Of a stretch of DNA of 64,000 nucleotides, positions 9,074 through 18,591 are shown piece by piece. Each line of letters opens with the position of its first letter. Position 1 is the stretch's first letter. Source of the DNA: Candidatus Saccharimonadota bacterium (GTDB lineage Bacteria > Patescibacteriota > Saccharimonadia > Saccharimonadales > AWTP1-31). The position numbers and the translations under genes are program-made. The notes under the pieces were generated by a model. That model saw only the letters and a program-made list of their open reading frames with translations, did not search any database and was not told the DNA's origin. The stretch covers positions 68,024 through 132,023 of the forward strand of contig JAPLYT010000003.1 of the NCBI GenBank assembly GCA_026395435.1. Reading direction: 5' to 3'.

Positions 9074-10809
9074 TGGTAGATGCAAATAATTATTTAAAGA
9101 AAGTCACGCTCTTTATTTCAATTATCCTAGTGAGTTTTATTGGTTACAATATTGCATTTAACCATAGGGTATCGGCACTTTCTGGAAGTGATTTTAATGC
9201 AGGTAGAATAATCGATGATACTGTCATGTTCGACGGCAACGCTATGAATGCTACCGAAGTTCAACAGTTCCTTAATGCCAAAGTACCAACCTGCGACGAC
9301 AATGGTACACAGGCGTCAAGTCACTGGAATGACGGCGCAGGACGCTTTTACACCCGCGCTGAATGGGGCTCGATAAGTGGATATCCTGCGCCCTATACCT
9401 GCCTCAAGAATTTTAGCGAAAACACCGTCTCAAAAGCCGCTGATGCCTATTGCTCAGGTAACTACACCGGTGGCGTTAAGACAGCAGCTCAAATAATCAA
9501 TGATGTAGCCCGTGCGTGTAATGTCAGTCAAAAGTCTTTAATCGTACTCCTTCAAAAAGAACAGGGCCTCATTACCGACGATTGGCCTTGGAGCATCCAA
9601 TATAGAGCTGCAACCGGATATGGATGTCCTGATACTGCTGCTTGCGATTCGACGTACTATGGTTTCTTCAACCAAGTATACAATGCTGCACGACAATTTC
9701 AGCGATACGTAAAACAGCCCGACTTATTCAACTACAAAAGTGGCGTTACAAGATACATCCAATATAATCCAGATGCAGGTTGTGGCGGTACAAATATTTA
9801 CCTAGAGAATGGTGCAACAGCTGCGCTCTATAATTACACGCCCTACCAGCCAAATGCATCTGCGCTTAATAATTTGTACGGTTCAGGTGATGGTTGTGGT
9901 GCGTATGGAAATCGCAATTTCTGGAGAATGTTCAATGACTGGTTTGGAAGTACAAACTCTCCTACGTTTGGATGGCAATTAATAAATCAGTACGCCTACG
10001 CTGATGAAACAAAAGCTGTTGGTAAGGGTACCAATAACCTACTTCCTGGCGAAAAAGTATATGTCGGATTCCAAGCAAGAAATACCGGATCAACTGTATG
10101 GAACAGAAGCGGAAATGACACCGTAAAAGTTGGGACAACTAATCCGAATGATCGAGTAAGCCCATTTTGCGATCCAAGTTGGGGGTATGGATGCGGTCGT
10201 CCTGCCGCGTTGAAAGAAACGTCCGTGGCACCGGGTCAAATTGGTACCTTCGAATTCTGGATGAAAGCACCTGCTAATGCAGGTAACTACAGTGAGCGAT
10301 TTAATCTTGTCATTGATGGTAAAGCATGGTTCCCTGACGGTGGATTAACATTCAGTAGTTCCGTCATAACTGCACAGTATAATTGGACGTTTGCTGGTCA
10401 ATACGCATACTCAGACGAGACTAAAACTGCCGGTAAGGGTACGACCAATCTATTGCCTGGCGAAAAAGTATATGTCGGATTCCAAGCAAGAAATACCGGA
10501 AATGTCACATGGAGTAATACTGGCCCAAATCCAGTAAACTGGAGTAATACTGGCCCAAATCCAGTAAACGTGGGTATGGTTCGTCCACTCGATAGAGCGA
10601 GCCCTGCGTATGATTCAACGTGGCTCGGTACTAATCGACCAGCAAAATTGAAAGAAGCGTCCGTGGCACCGGGTCAAATTGGTACCTTCGAATTCTGGGT
10701 CAAAGCACCTGCTAATCCGGGTAACTACCTGGAATACTTCACTCTTGTGTCTGAAGGTAAGTCTTGGTTTAACGACCCTGGTATGAATTTCTCAATGTCA
10801 GTTCGGTAG
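9073..10809 (+). CDS. Secreted cell-surface protein: Cys-rich N-terminal domain plus two tandem ~137-aa beta-sandwich-like repeats
   Basis: 578 aa. N-terminal TM/signal (VTLFISIILVSFIGYNIAF). ATG overlaps the upstream stop. The C-terminal half is an internal duplication (see repeat features). Confidence 0.7.
   Translation: MVDANNYLKKVTLFISIILVSFIGYNIAFNHRVSALSGSDFNAGRIIDDTVMFDGNAMNATEVQQFLNAKVPTCDDNGTQASSHWNDGAGRFYTRAEWGSISGYPAPYTCLKNFSENTVSKAADAYCSGNYTGGVKTAAQIINDVARACNVSQKSLIVLLQKEQGLITDDWPWSIQYRAATGYGCPDTAACDSTYYGFFNQVYNAARQFQRYVKQPDLFNYKSGVTRYIQYNPDAGCGGTNIYLENGATAALYNYTPYQPNASALNNLYGSGDGCGAYGNRNFWRMFNDWFGSTNSPTFGWQLINQYAYADETKAVGKGTNNLLPGEKVYVGFQARNTGSTVWNRSGNDTVKVGTTNPNDRVSPFCDPSWGYGCGRPAALKETSVAPGQIGTFEFWMKAPANAGNYSERFNLVIDGKAWFPDGGLTFSSSVITAQYNWTFAGQYAYSDETKTAGKGTTNLLPGEKVYVGFQARNTGNVTWSNTGPNPVNWSNTGPNPVNVGMVRPLDRASPAYDSTWLGTNRPAKLKEASVAPGQIGTFEFWVKAPANPGNYLEYFTLVSEGKSWFNDPGMNFSMSVR
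9967..10377 (+). repeat. Intragenic repeat unit R1 (137 codons)
   Basis: Aligns codon-for-codon with 10378-10806. Two blocks are identical at DNA level: 10045-10089 = 10456-10500 (45 bp) and 10220-10260 = 10658-10698 (41 bp). Confidence 0.85.
10378..10806 (+). repeat. Intragenic repeat unit R2
   Basis: Second copy of R1. Contains the extra 30-bp tandem duplication. Confidence 0.85.
10510..10569 (+). repeat. Perfect 30-bp x2 in-frame tandem duplication (WSNTGPNPVN x2)
   Basis: tggagtaatactggcccaaatccagtaaac occurs at 10510-10539 and again at 10540-10569 with no mismatch. Confidence 0.95.
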
Positions 10810-10817
10810 ATCTGCGG

Positions 10818-12092
10818 CTAAACCGACTCCGTAAATTCACGTAAATCATTAAATGAATCTTCCCACTTAGTCTTTGAATATTGACTAATAGCTTTCTCTT
10901 TTTTACGTAATGCGTCAGTATTTTCGCTGTACATTACAATTTTCTCCATACAATCACGAGCGTCAAAAGGGTTAAAATAATCAGCTGAATGGCCTGCAAC
11001 TTCTGGCATCGATGAAACATTGCTTGTTAAACAAAGCTTTCCTTTGCCTATGGAATCCGAAATCGTCAAGCCCCAACCCTCGCAAATAGATGGATAGACA
11101 GTAAAGAGACAATTATCATAGAGCCAACTTAATTCATCATCAGATACATTCTGAAGTAAGGTTATTGTCTGTTTGAGTTCCCTGTCTATAGAGATTACAT
11201 CATAGAAATCGTTGGCCAACCACCCTTTTCGGCCGACTATAACAAGGTCTGGTAGCGTGATTCCTTGTGATCTTGCTAGTTTATATGCGTTATATAGCAG
11301 TACGTGATTCTTCCGAACTTCAATGGTGCCAACTGATAGAATATATGGTTTTTTGGATGTAAAATCTGATGGTCGTCGAACTGTTTTGTCCTCATAAGAA
11401 TCTTCTCCGAGACGGACCACCTTCTTTTTCTTTGTAAGCGGGATCTTCTCTTCGAGTGCATATGACTCAACTTCATGAAGCGTGGCTTTTGAAACAGAAA
11501 TCAGACCATCACAAAGTGGCAGCATGGTATTCATATAATTAGTAAACCTTTGGCAGAGCGCTGTATCAAAAAGATGAGGCTGTGTGAGAGGTAATACATC
11601 ATGCACGAGATGGATAAGCTTTATTGATTGTAATCGTTTAATATCTGAAATGCTTTGTGAAAACCCCTCACTCTCCCATCCGGCTCCCATAATGATGACT
11701 GTATCACCGTTATTGAATATTGAGGGATTTTCGTATTTTTGTACGTACAAAGATTGTAATTGATGTAATCCAAGTCCAAGTATATGTTGAACGCGACGCA
11801 ATAATGGTGATATATAACCTCTTATGAAACGCGGAACAAGTTTTGTGTATATTCTCTTAAGAAAAAATCTGAATTTTTTCCCGTCATCTTCTGTCTCTAT
11901 CGTCTCAGGCAATAAGCTATAAACTTGTACATACTTGTGTTCTGAGGATTCGTATATGAACAGTTTTGCACCTTGCTGCTGATAATACTTGGCATACATA
12001 TATACGACCCGCTGTATGCCGCTAAAATGTCCTTTCCAGGCATAGAGATCACTCAGATCTATCCACGTGTCTTGTGTTAGCATTAACGACAA
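10818..12092 (-). CDS. Glycosyltransferase, GT-B fold (family 1/4 type)
   Basis: 424 aa. C-terminal YPSICEGWGLTISDSIGKGKLCLTSNVSSMPEV is the GT4 signature region. Confidence 0.8.
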   Translation of the reverse strand: MSLMLTQDTWIDLSDLYAWKGHFSGIQRVVYMYAKYYQQQGAKLFIYESSEHKYVQVYSLLPETIETEDDGKKFRFFLKRIYTKLVPRFIRGYISPLLRRVQHILGLGLHQLQSLYVQKYENPSIFNNGDTVIIMGAGWESEGFSQSISDIKRLQSIKLIHLVHDVLPLTQPHLFDTALCQRFTNYMNTMLPLCDGLISVSKATLHEVESYALEEKIPLTKKKKVVRLGEDSYEDKTVRRPSDFTSKKPYILSVGTIEVRKNHVLLYNAYKLARSQGITLPDLVIVGRKGWLANDFYDVISIDRELKQTITLLQNVSDDELSWLYDNCLFTVYPSICEGWGLTISDSIGKGKLCLTSNVSSMPEVAGHSADYFNPFDARDCMEKIVMYSENTDALRKKEKAISQYSKTKWEDSFNDLREFTESV

Positions 12093-14248
12093 CCTAAGTT
12101 GTTAATTCTCATGTTATGACCCATCGAGTTCTTGACTATAAAATTGGTGTCGTTTTTTGCTTCAAAGGTGACATCTCGGTAATCACCATTCACTCGGGAT
12201 GTCCACACTACAACGCCTTTGCCGGTAACAATACTAACTGTATCGCTATCTTTTTCATCTGCCATTTTAATCTGGAAACAAGCCGTGCTTCCATTTAACG
12301 GCTTTGCGGTTAGTACTGGTCCGACTTTAAATTCAGCACCCTGTTGGACCTCATACTCGAGTTCGAGAGGAGATTTCATAATTAACTTGTTGATAGGAAA
12401 CCCTTTTTCTAAGAACACTACGCTCGTGGATTTTGGACCTGGTTTAATTTTGGCTACCGCCAAGAAACCTCCCGTAAATTTATCGCTGAAAGCTTCAAAA
12501 TGGACGAGTTCAAGACCAGGAATAGCCCGGATCTTTGACTCACTAACGCTATGGATGATGACTGCATCAATGCCGAGTGTTCTAAGAGCTGGAATTGTTT
12601 GAGGATCAGTCAAATCCTTTAGAGAAAAGCGAAGATCCTCATTGGAACTGTTTGGTAATGCGCTGTTTAATATTTTTTTATTATGAATTGTCTGTGCAGT
12701 TAAGTAGTACGACGCTGCTTCACTTTCACCAACTTTATCGAGCGGGTAATCGGCTATCGCTTTGATAGAGTCTTGATTCTTAAGCCATACATACGTTTGA
12801 GGGCTATTTTTTCTATAATCGAATGTTGCCACTGATCCAGAAAACGGACGTGTAACCTGATACTGAATTGCTATCGATGCAAAGAGCACTATATACAGAA
12901 TGCGTATTAATGTTGACCGTCGACGTGTCTTTAAGAGATCAGTAAAGTACAGCAATACGATACTGAAGAGAGCAACAACAGCAATTTGAACCACCAAAAA
13001 TTCACGAGCGAGTATACGCCAGGTCTTGATGTGGCTTAATAGAATATATGTTGGTGTTTTTACATTTCCAAGACTAGGAGGGAGCGCCATAATCGAGGCG
13101 AATATCAACACGGCAATAAATATATATATCATGAACTGCGCATCAGGAACTGATTTTGTTTTGAAGTTTTTTCTACCCATTGCTGTTTCCCATAGAAGTA
13201 TCGTCAGCCCAAAAATCGTTATAGCTAGCACTGAAAGACTTATCGAAACGTTGTCTTCACTGGGATTACAGCCATGCCGTAATTTTAAAATTTCCTCGCT
13301 GTAGCGTGGCCCTATAGCTTTTCCAGCAAAATAATTTGCGTCGGGCGGTATTACGTAATCTGTCGGTAAGTTACTGCAATGATTTGCATCAATCATTACA
13401 TCACCTCTTGAGCCAGAGACGAATGAATCAATTGAATCTTTATATGCAAGCCTAACTCCAAGCAACGGAGTTAACATGATAATCACACCTATAAGTCCAA
13501 TAAAAACTGGTTTAAGTCTATTCCAGATGTGAGTAAAGTTTAGGCCTTTAGATATTTTTATCTCGCGCACCAGCACGACAAGTCCTACCGGGAATAATGC
13601 CGAGAAAGCTAATAATGAAAAATACGGATCCCAATAAAAACAAACTCCCGTACTCAAAACAAAACCAACAATATTACGTTTACTTGCGCCCTCGGTATAC
13701 AGCTTCAGGAGGAATAGTATACCTAGTGTCAAAAAACCCTGAAAACCATAACTCGGGTGTCCGCCAACCTTAAACTGGAAATATGGACTAAATGAGGCAA
13801 CGTATCCTGCGAGAAGTGCTATCCATTTATTTTTAGTTAGCCACATTATTAAACAAAACATAGCCATTGCGGAAAAAACAAAACCGAGCGCATTCACTAA
13901 ATTATATCCGCATACAGAGCCTGCAATCTTTTGCATTGTCCATATAGTTCCAGATTGAACGATAAGACTGTATCCAACTGGACTACTAATATTCTCGCCA
14001 AAAGGAAAGTTGGTATTTGTGATAAACCCGCCTATTGGATTATTCGGCGAAACTGTGTCGCGCCAAATTGGACCAGCAGTATTATCTCCGAATCCGTAGG
14101 TAACATTCTGACAGTTCGAGATACTTGGACCCATATAGAGTATGGTAAAAAATACGTACGTTAGAATAGTAAAAACCAAAAACCATCGCCTTGATGTTCG
14201 TACTTGATTTAAAATTCCAACAAATCTATTTTTATTAATTCGATTCAC
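12083..14248 (-). CDS. Large polytopic membrane protein, GT-C-like (candidate extracytoplasmic glycosyltransferase)
   Basis: 721 aa. Roughly 11-13 hydrophobic helices in the first ~470 aa, then a ~250-aa soluble C-terminal domain. 10-nt overlap with the downstream GT. Confidence 0.55.
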   Translation of the reverse strand: MNRINKNRFVGILNQVRTSRRWFLVFTILTYVFFTILYMGPSISNCQNVTYGFGDNTAGPIWRDTVSPNNPIGGFITNTNFPFGENISSPVGYSLIVQSGTIWTMQKIAGSVCGYNLVNALGFVFSAMAMFCLIMWLTKNKWIALLAGYVASFSPYFQFKVGGHPSYGFQGFLTLGILFLLKLYTEGASKRNIVGFVLSTGVCFYWDPYFSLLAFSALFPVGLVVLVREIKISKGLNFTHIWNRLKPVFIGLIGVIIMLTPLLGVRLAYKDSIDSFVSGSRGDVMIDANHCSNLPTDYVIPPDANYFAGKAIGPRYSEEILKLRHGCNPSEDNVSISLSVLAITIFGLTILLWETAMGRKNFKTKSVPDAQFMIYIFIAVLIFASIMALPPSLGNVKTPTYILLSHIKTWRILAREFLVVQIAVVALFSIVLLYFTDLLKTRRRSTLIRILYIVLFASIAIQYQVTRPFSGSVATFDYRKNSPQTYVWLKNQDSIKAIADYPLDKVGESEAASYYLTAQTIHNKKILNSALPNSSNEDLRFSLKDLTDPQTIPALRTLGIDAVIIHSVSESKIRAIPGLELVHFEAFSDKFTGGFLAVAKIKPGPKSTSVVFLEKGFPINKLIMKSPLELEYEVQQGAEFKVGPVLTAKPLNGSTACFQIKMADEKDSDTVSIVTGKGVVVWTSRVNGDYRDVTFEAKNDTNFIVKNSMGHNMRINNLGCR

Positions 14249-14310
14249 ATGTTGCTCCAGAAGTTTTCCTCCTTTATTGTAGCAGTTTTGGGTACGTAAG
14301 CGGTTTTAAA

Positions 14311-15360
14311 TTATGACAAAACTTTTTGCTTCAATGTTCGAAAGGACGCTCTCCAAATACCCGTGCCGTAATAGAGTCCAAAAATTGGAGAAAGAACAAA
14401 AAGGCTCAATCCGTCTTTTAGAGGAACGCCGGTAAGCAATATGGCCACTAGCTCGATCGCCCAACAGACTACTCCCAATACAAGAACCATTGGCAGTAAA
14501 CTTACATTAAACGCTATGTATACCGGCACCAAAACCGATAACACGAGAAATGCTATGAGCGGGTAAAAGAACCGATTGCCGTCATTCCGCAAGAAACCAT
14601 CAACAAAAACCTGCCCTCTGTGATGAACATGCTTAACGTACTGCTTCATCGATGACCGTGCATGATACATGCACCAGAAATCAGGACTAATATTAATGCT
14701 GCTACTCTCTGCAATATGTCGGATAAGTAGCGTGTCATCATTGGAAGTCTTTAGGTCATAGGTATTCTTTTCAAACCATTCATTGGCTTCAGCAAGAATT
14801 GATTTCTTTATGAAAAAACATGTTGTACCTTTGGGATAATCATCAAATTCCTCAATACCATATGATATATCTCTTGGATTTTTAAAATATTTTCTCCAAG
14901 CGATAAAAGCTATCGCATCCCAGAATTTTGCATAGATATTACCTTTGGAATCTACGCGCACATGACTGCACCAAACGTTTCGGGTCGAGTCTTGCTGATG
15001 CTTCTTGAGCAGGTATGACAAAGATTCTTCTCCGATATAGACTCGAGTATCAACAAATAATAGATTAGGGTATGTTGCCTCGTTTGTCCCGGTACGCCTT
15101 GCAACAAATCGTCCGCCATTTGCTTGCGTTACGAGTCGTACTGCAAATGTCGACGTTTTGATAATTTTCTTAACAACCTTTACCGTATCATCGGTAGACC
15201 CATCATTGATAACCACAATTTCGCATTTCGTTATTCCCGCAAACTTGAGTGCTTGCGAGATCTTAGATATCGTCTCTTCTAACCACGACGATCCATTGTA
15301 CGTCGGGACAACAACCGACAATCCTTCTGATTGAATTTCGCTTTTCTTGGATGCTTTCAT
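14311..15360 (-). CDS. GT2 glycosyltransferase with C-terminal TM helices
   Basis: 349 aa. LSVVVPTYNGS...VVINDGSTDDT is the GT-A signature; hydrophobic C-terminal ~90 aa. Confidence 0.8.
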   Translation of the reverse strand: MKASKKSEIQSEGLSVVVPTYNGSSWLEETISKISQALKFAGITKCEIVVINDGSTDDTVKVVKKIIKTSTFAVRLVTQANGGRFVARRTGTNEATYPNLLFVDTRVYIGEESLSYLLKKHQQDSTRNVWCSHVRVDSKGNIYAKFWDAIAFIAWRKYFKNPRDISYGIEEFDDYPKGTTCFFIKKSILAEANEWFEKNTYDLKTSNDDTLLIRHIAESSSINISPDFWCMYHARSSMKQYVKHVHHRGQVFVDGFLRNDGNRFFYPLIAFLVLSVLVPVYIAFNVSLLPMVLVLGVVCWAIELVAILLTGVPLKDGLSLFVLSPIFGLYYGTGIWRASFRTLKQKVLS

Positions 15361-15391
15361 GTCTATAAGTACTATACCGTATGTTGCATGA

Positions 15392-16048
15392 TTACTTTGT
15401 AGCTACAATGAGGGTCGTGGAAACAAATCCCTTAATTTTGACGTACATTGGGATTCTCAGGTTCAACTTCTTGTGAACACGCCAGGCAAATGGAGCGAAT
15501 GACATCGCCTCGACGGTCACCTTCCTAAATCCTGCACGTCGGAAAAGACGAGCCCAGTTCTGAGGATGTAAAACTGAGATATGTGTTTCGTCACTAACAA
15601 TGTTCTTAGTGAAAGGATAGGGGGTTGATCCACAAAATACCCCTTTAGGCTTAAGCAGGCTCGCTACGGTATCAATAACGTCACCCGGAGCTTCGATATG
15701 TTCAAGAACCTCAAAAGCAACGATGAGATCAAACTTATCCTTCGTATTGAGATTTTCTATAGAATCATACTTAAAGACATCTGTTTTGAAATGCTTGTTT
15801 GTAAATGAAACGATTTTTGGATCTAGATCCAAACCAGTATATTTAAGTCCGGGAACGTCTTTAATTCGATCATAGAATCCACCAAAACCTGGACCAATCT
15901 CGAGGACTTTCATATTTTTCTTAATCACAATTTTTTTACTGATTATTCGCCATTGGGCATCAAACCATTTATTCCAACTGTCAATATCAGCTTCCGTAAA
16001 GTTGATCTTATAGTGATCCTTATAATAATTTTTATAATCAGTCTTCAT
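15392..16048 (-). CDS. Class I SAM-dependent methyltransferase
   Basis: Start set at MKTDYKNYY (ATG 16048), preceded by AAGGGGAG. VLEIGPGFGGF is motif I, followed by DLIVAFEVLEHI. Confidence 0.8.
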   Translation of the reverse strand: MKTDYKNYYKDHYKINFTEADIDSWNKWFDAQWRIISKKIVIKKNMKVLEIGPGFGGFYDRIKDVPGLKYTGLDLDPKIVSFTNKHFKTDVFKYDSIENLNTKDKFDLIVAFEVLEHIEAPGDVIDTVASLLKPKGVFCGSTPYPFTKNIVSDETHISVLHPQNWARLFRRAGFRKVTVEAMSFAPFAWRVHKKLNLRIPMYVKIKGFVSTTLIVATK

Positions 16049-16150
16049 GGTATCTCCCCTTAATCTACAAATGTTACTCGTCACGATTATATCACTTTAC
16101 GAGGAATGATCATGCTGATATTAAAAGGTAATGTACGGTACTATATATAG

Positions 16151-17407
16151 GTGAAGAATAAACTCGATTATAGTGGCTTTTTTGCCCTTAGCATTTTTGC
16201 TTCAATGCTGAACTACCTGACATATCCTGTGCTCGCTCGAGTACTACCCTCGACGCAGTTTGTTAATGTCACCGTGGCACTGTCGCTTCTTACACAGATA
16301 TCGACATTCTTATCGTCGATCGTCGCCCTAACCATTGGTTATACCAAATTATCTAATAAGTCCGAGTCTGCAAAATCGATACAATCACTGCAAGAAATTG
16401 TAATGAGCATGTTTACTGTGCTGATCATCATCTTTGTTATCGCCTCACCGTACCTCCTAAGTCGAATTGATATACCTTTGTTCTTCATACTACCTATTTG
16501 CTTGCTTCTACTCTTTTCGATACCTACATCAATAATATCCGGGTATTTAAATGGGAGTAATAAACTTACCAAACTAGGCGTTGTGGCGGTCATGACCGCC
16601 AGTTTCCAGTTTATTTTTAGTGTTACTGTTGGCGTTCTTACGAAAAATGGAGGACTCGCCCTTCTCGCGATGGCATTTGGTCAGCTGGTATCTATTGTGG
16701 CGATTATTCTTGCGCTTAGTAACGACAAATTGCCCTCAATCATTGTCCTGCCGAATAGGAGTCTTTTCAGAAGTCAGGACGCTACTACGAGAAAGCGGAT
16801 CTACTTCATTGTCCTAGCATCAATTGGCATCATGGTAGTAAATTTACTGCAAGTCGTGGACCTTCTGGTCATAAAAAGTCGTGGCGTTGATGTGGTAGCC
16901 TACACTGACCTCTACATTGTCAGTCGCGTCGTGTTCTTTGCTGGTTCGATATTTATTTGGCCGTTTTTGGCATCTATACAATTACAAAACCTCTCGAAAA
17001 ATGCCATCCCTTTCCTTCGAATATTCACGATCCATGCGATCATTTCATGTGGTGCAATCGTTGCGATGCGCATCTTTGGAAATGAAATCTTGAATATACT
17101 TATTGGACGAACGTATAGCCAACAACTCGTGACAAGTCTAGGTGCGCTCAGTATTGGCTATAAGTTTAGCTTCCTCGTCATCACTTCCCTGGTTCTCTAC
17201 TTCATCGTCATTAACCATCGTGCAGCATATATCGTTCCGGGTTTAATGGCAGTTGCTATCGCCGTCTTTGTGCAACAACTAGACAGTTCTGATTCCGTTA
17301 GCTATATTCTGCAAGGCCTTAATGTAATTGGCCTGGTTGGAGTCATCGTGAGTATTGGCTTTTTTCTTACTCCACATCTTCAGAGATACGCGAAACAACG
17401 TCGGTAA
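16151..17407 (+). CDS. Polysaccharide flippase-like multi-pass membrane protein (MOP/Wzx type)
   Basis: 418 aa, GTG start, hydrophobic throughout with many TM helices. Sits inside the glycan locus. Confidence 0.65.
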   Translation: MKNKLDYSGFFALSIFASMLNYLTYPVLARVLPSTQFVNVTVALSLLTQISTFLSSIVALTIGYTKLSNKSESAKSIQSLQEIVMSMFTVLIIIFVIASPYLLSRIDIPLFFILPICLLLLFSIPTSIISGYLNGSNKLTKLGVVAVMTASFQFIFSVTVGVLTKNGGLALLAMAFGQLVSIVAIILALSNDKLPSIIVLPNRSLFRSQDATTRKRIYFIVLASIGIMVVNLLQVVDLLVIKSRGVDVVAYTDLYIVSRVVFFAGSIFIWPFLASIQLQNLSKNAIPFLRIFTIHAIISCGAIVAMRIFGNEILNILIGRTYSQQLVTSLGALSIGYKFSFLVITSLVLYFIVINHRAAYIVPGLMAVAIAVFVQQLDSSDSVSYILQGLNVIGLVGVIVSIGFFLTPHLQRYAKQRR

Positions 17408-18503
17408 CTACTGCCGCGTAATCATATTGTTCGATGAATTTTTTTTGGCCTTTCACGGGCGCATGATCATATGATGTAAGCACCGCTTTTGAAAAAGCTG
17501 CCTTATCTCCAATCGGCACATACGTCGGATAGTCTCCGAAAATATTTTGATAATGATCAAGTTCGTAGCAGACAGATTTGCATTCGGCATACAGACCTTC
17601 GGCAAGTGCAATCCCCCACCCCTCTTCATAGCTTGGAAACAGAAAGAATGTTGCTTCTGCAAGCTTTTGATATTTAATCGTATTGTCTACAAAACCCAAT
17701 ATGGTTATGGCTTTCATTCCCGCCAATTGCATCTTTTCTTCAAGCAGGTGCCTATGAGGGCCATCACCAATAATTTCAAGCCTGAATTCTGGTTGTTTTT
17801 TCAAAATATCAGCGACGATGTCTACGAGATCAAGCACTCCCTTTTGACTTGTAAGTCGACCGATAAACAATCCAAGGTTGGGATTCTTTTTTACCCCTTT
17901 GCCAGGGAAAGCTGAGGTGTCGATCCCGGCGTGTGCAATGATCAACTTCTTTCCTGGCATCAGCTTTTCGACGGCAGCCTTAACTTCTGAGTTCCCTACA
18001 AGCACCGAATCGAAGTGTTTTTTTATAATGGACAGTGCGATTTTTTGCTCCAGTTTTGCGAGCGCAAATCGAATCTTCATAGAAAGACTTTTTGCCGATC
18101 TATCGGGTATGAGGTGAAATAAAATTACCGCTCGATGAGCGTGCTTCATCCGCAGAGCCGGCAAAAGATCACAAATGAATGGTGATGATGCTAGTACGAA
18201 TGCGTAGTTGTTATCTTTTTCTTGTAGCTTACCGACGAAAAAGAATGATGAAATACCTCTTTTTAGATACGTCAAAACGATGCCTATATTTGAGGTTGGT
18301 TCGCTTGACCCGGTGTTTAACACAGTTTGAGTATTCTTACTTTCAATAAGATTTTTGGAGTGATTGGACTGAATGACGTCAAAACTGTCTTTCGAATGCT
18401 CAACAACTTGCTTTATGTAGATATCTCCACCACTTACTTGCTTTGAAGTCATTCCATTCCACAAGAGGAGTATTTTTCTCTGTTTGGCTATATTTTTCAT
18501 CAT
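17367..18503 (-). CDS. Glycosyltransferase, GT-B fold (family 1/4 type)
   Basis: 378 aa. FLFPSYEEGWGIALAEGLYAECKSVCYEL is the GT4 signature. Confidence 0.8.
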   Translation of the reverse strand: MMKNIAKQRKILLLWNGMTSKQVSGGDIYIKQVVEHSKDSFDVIQSNHSKNLIESKNTQTVLNTGSSEPTSNIGIVLTYLKRGISSFFFVGKLQEKDNNYAFVLASSPFICDLLPALRMKHAHRAVILFHLIPDRSAKSLSMKIRFALAKLEQKIALSIIKKHFDSVLVGNSEVKAAVEKLMPGKKLIIAHAGIDTSAFPGKGVKKNPNLGLFIGRLTSQKGVLDLVDIVADILKKQPEFRLEIIGDGPHRHLLEEKMQLAGMKAITILGFVDNTIKYQKLAEATFFLFPSYEEGWGIALAEGLYAECKSVCYELDHYQNIFGDYPTYVPIGDKAAFSKAVLTSYDHAPVKGQKKFIEQYDYAAVVTDVVSRISEDVE

Positions 18504-18591
18504 GACTCCTGTTTACTTTGATTCGTTCGTGCTTATTAGGCTGAATGTTCTTTTGCAGTATATAATAATAGTCCTGGAGACTATAGACACA

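Noticed and set aside
10510-10569. The 30-bp tandem repeat as a possible CRISPR or minisatellite array.
   Set aside because: There are only two adjacent copies with no spacers. They are in-frame inside a well-supported CDS.
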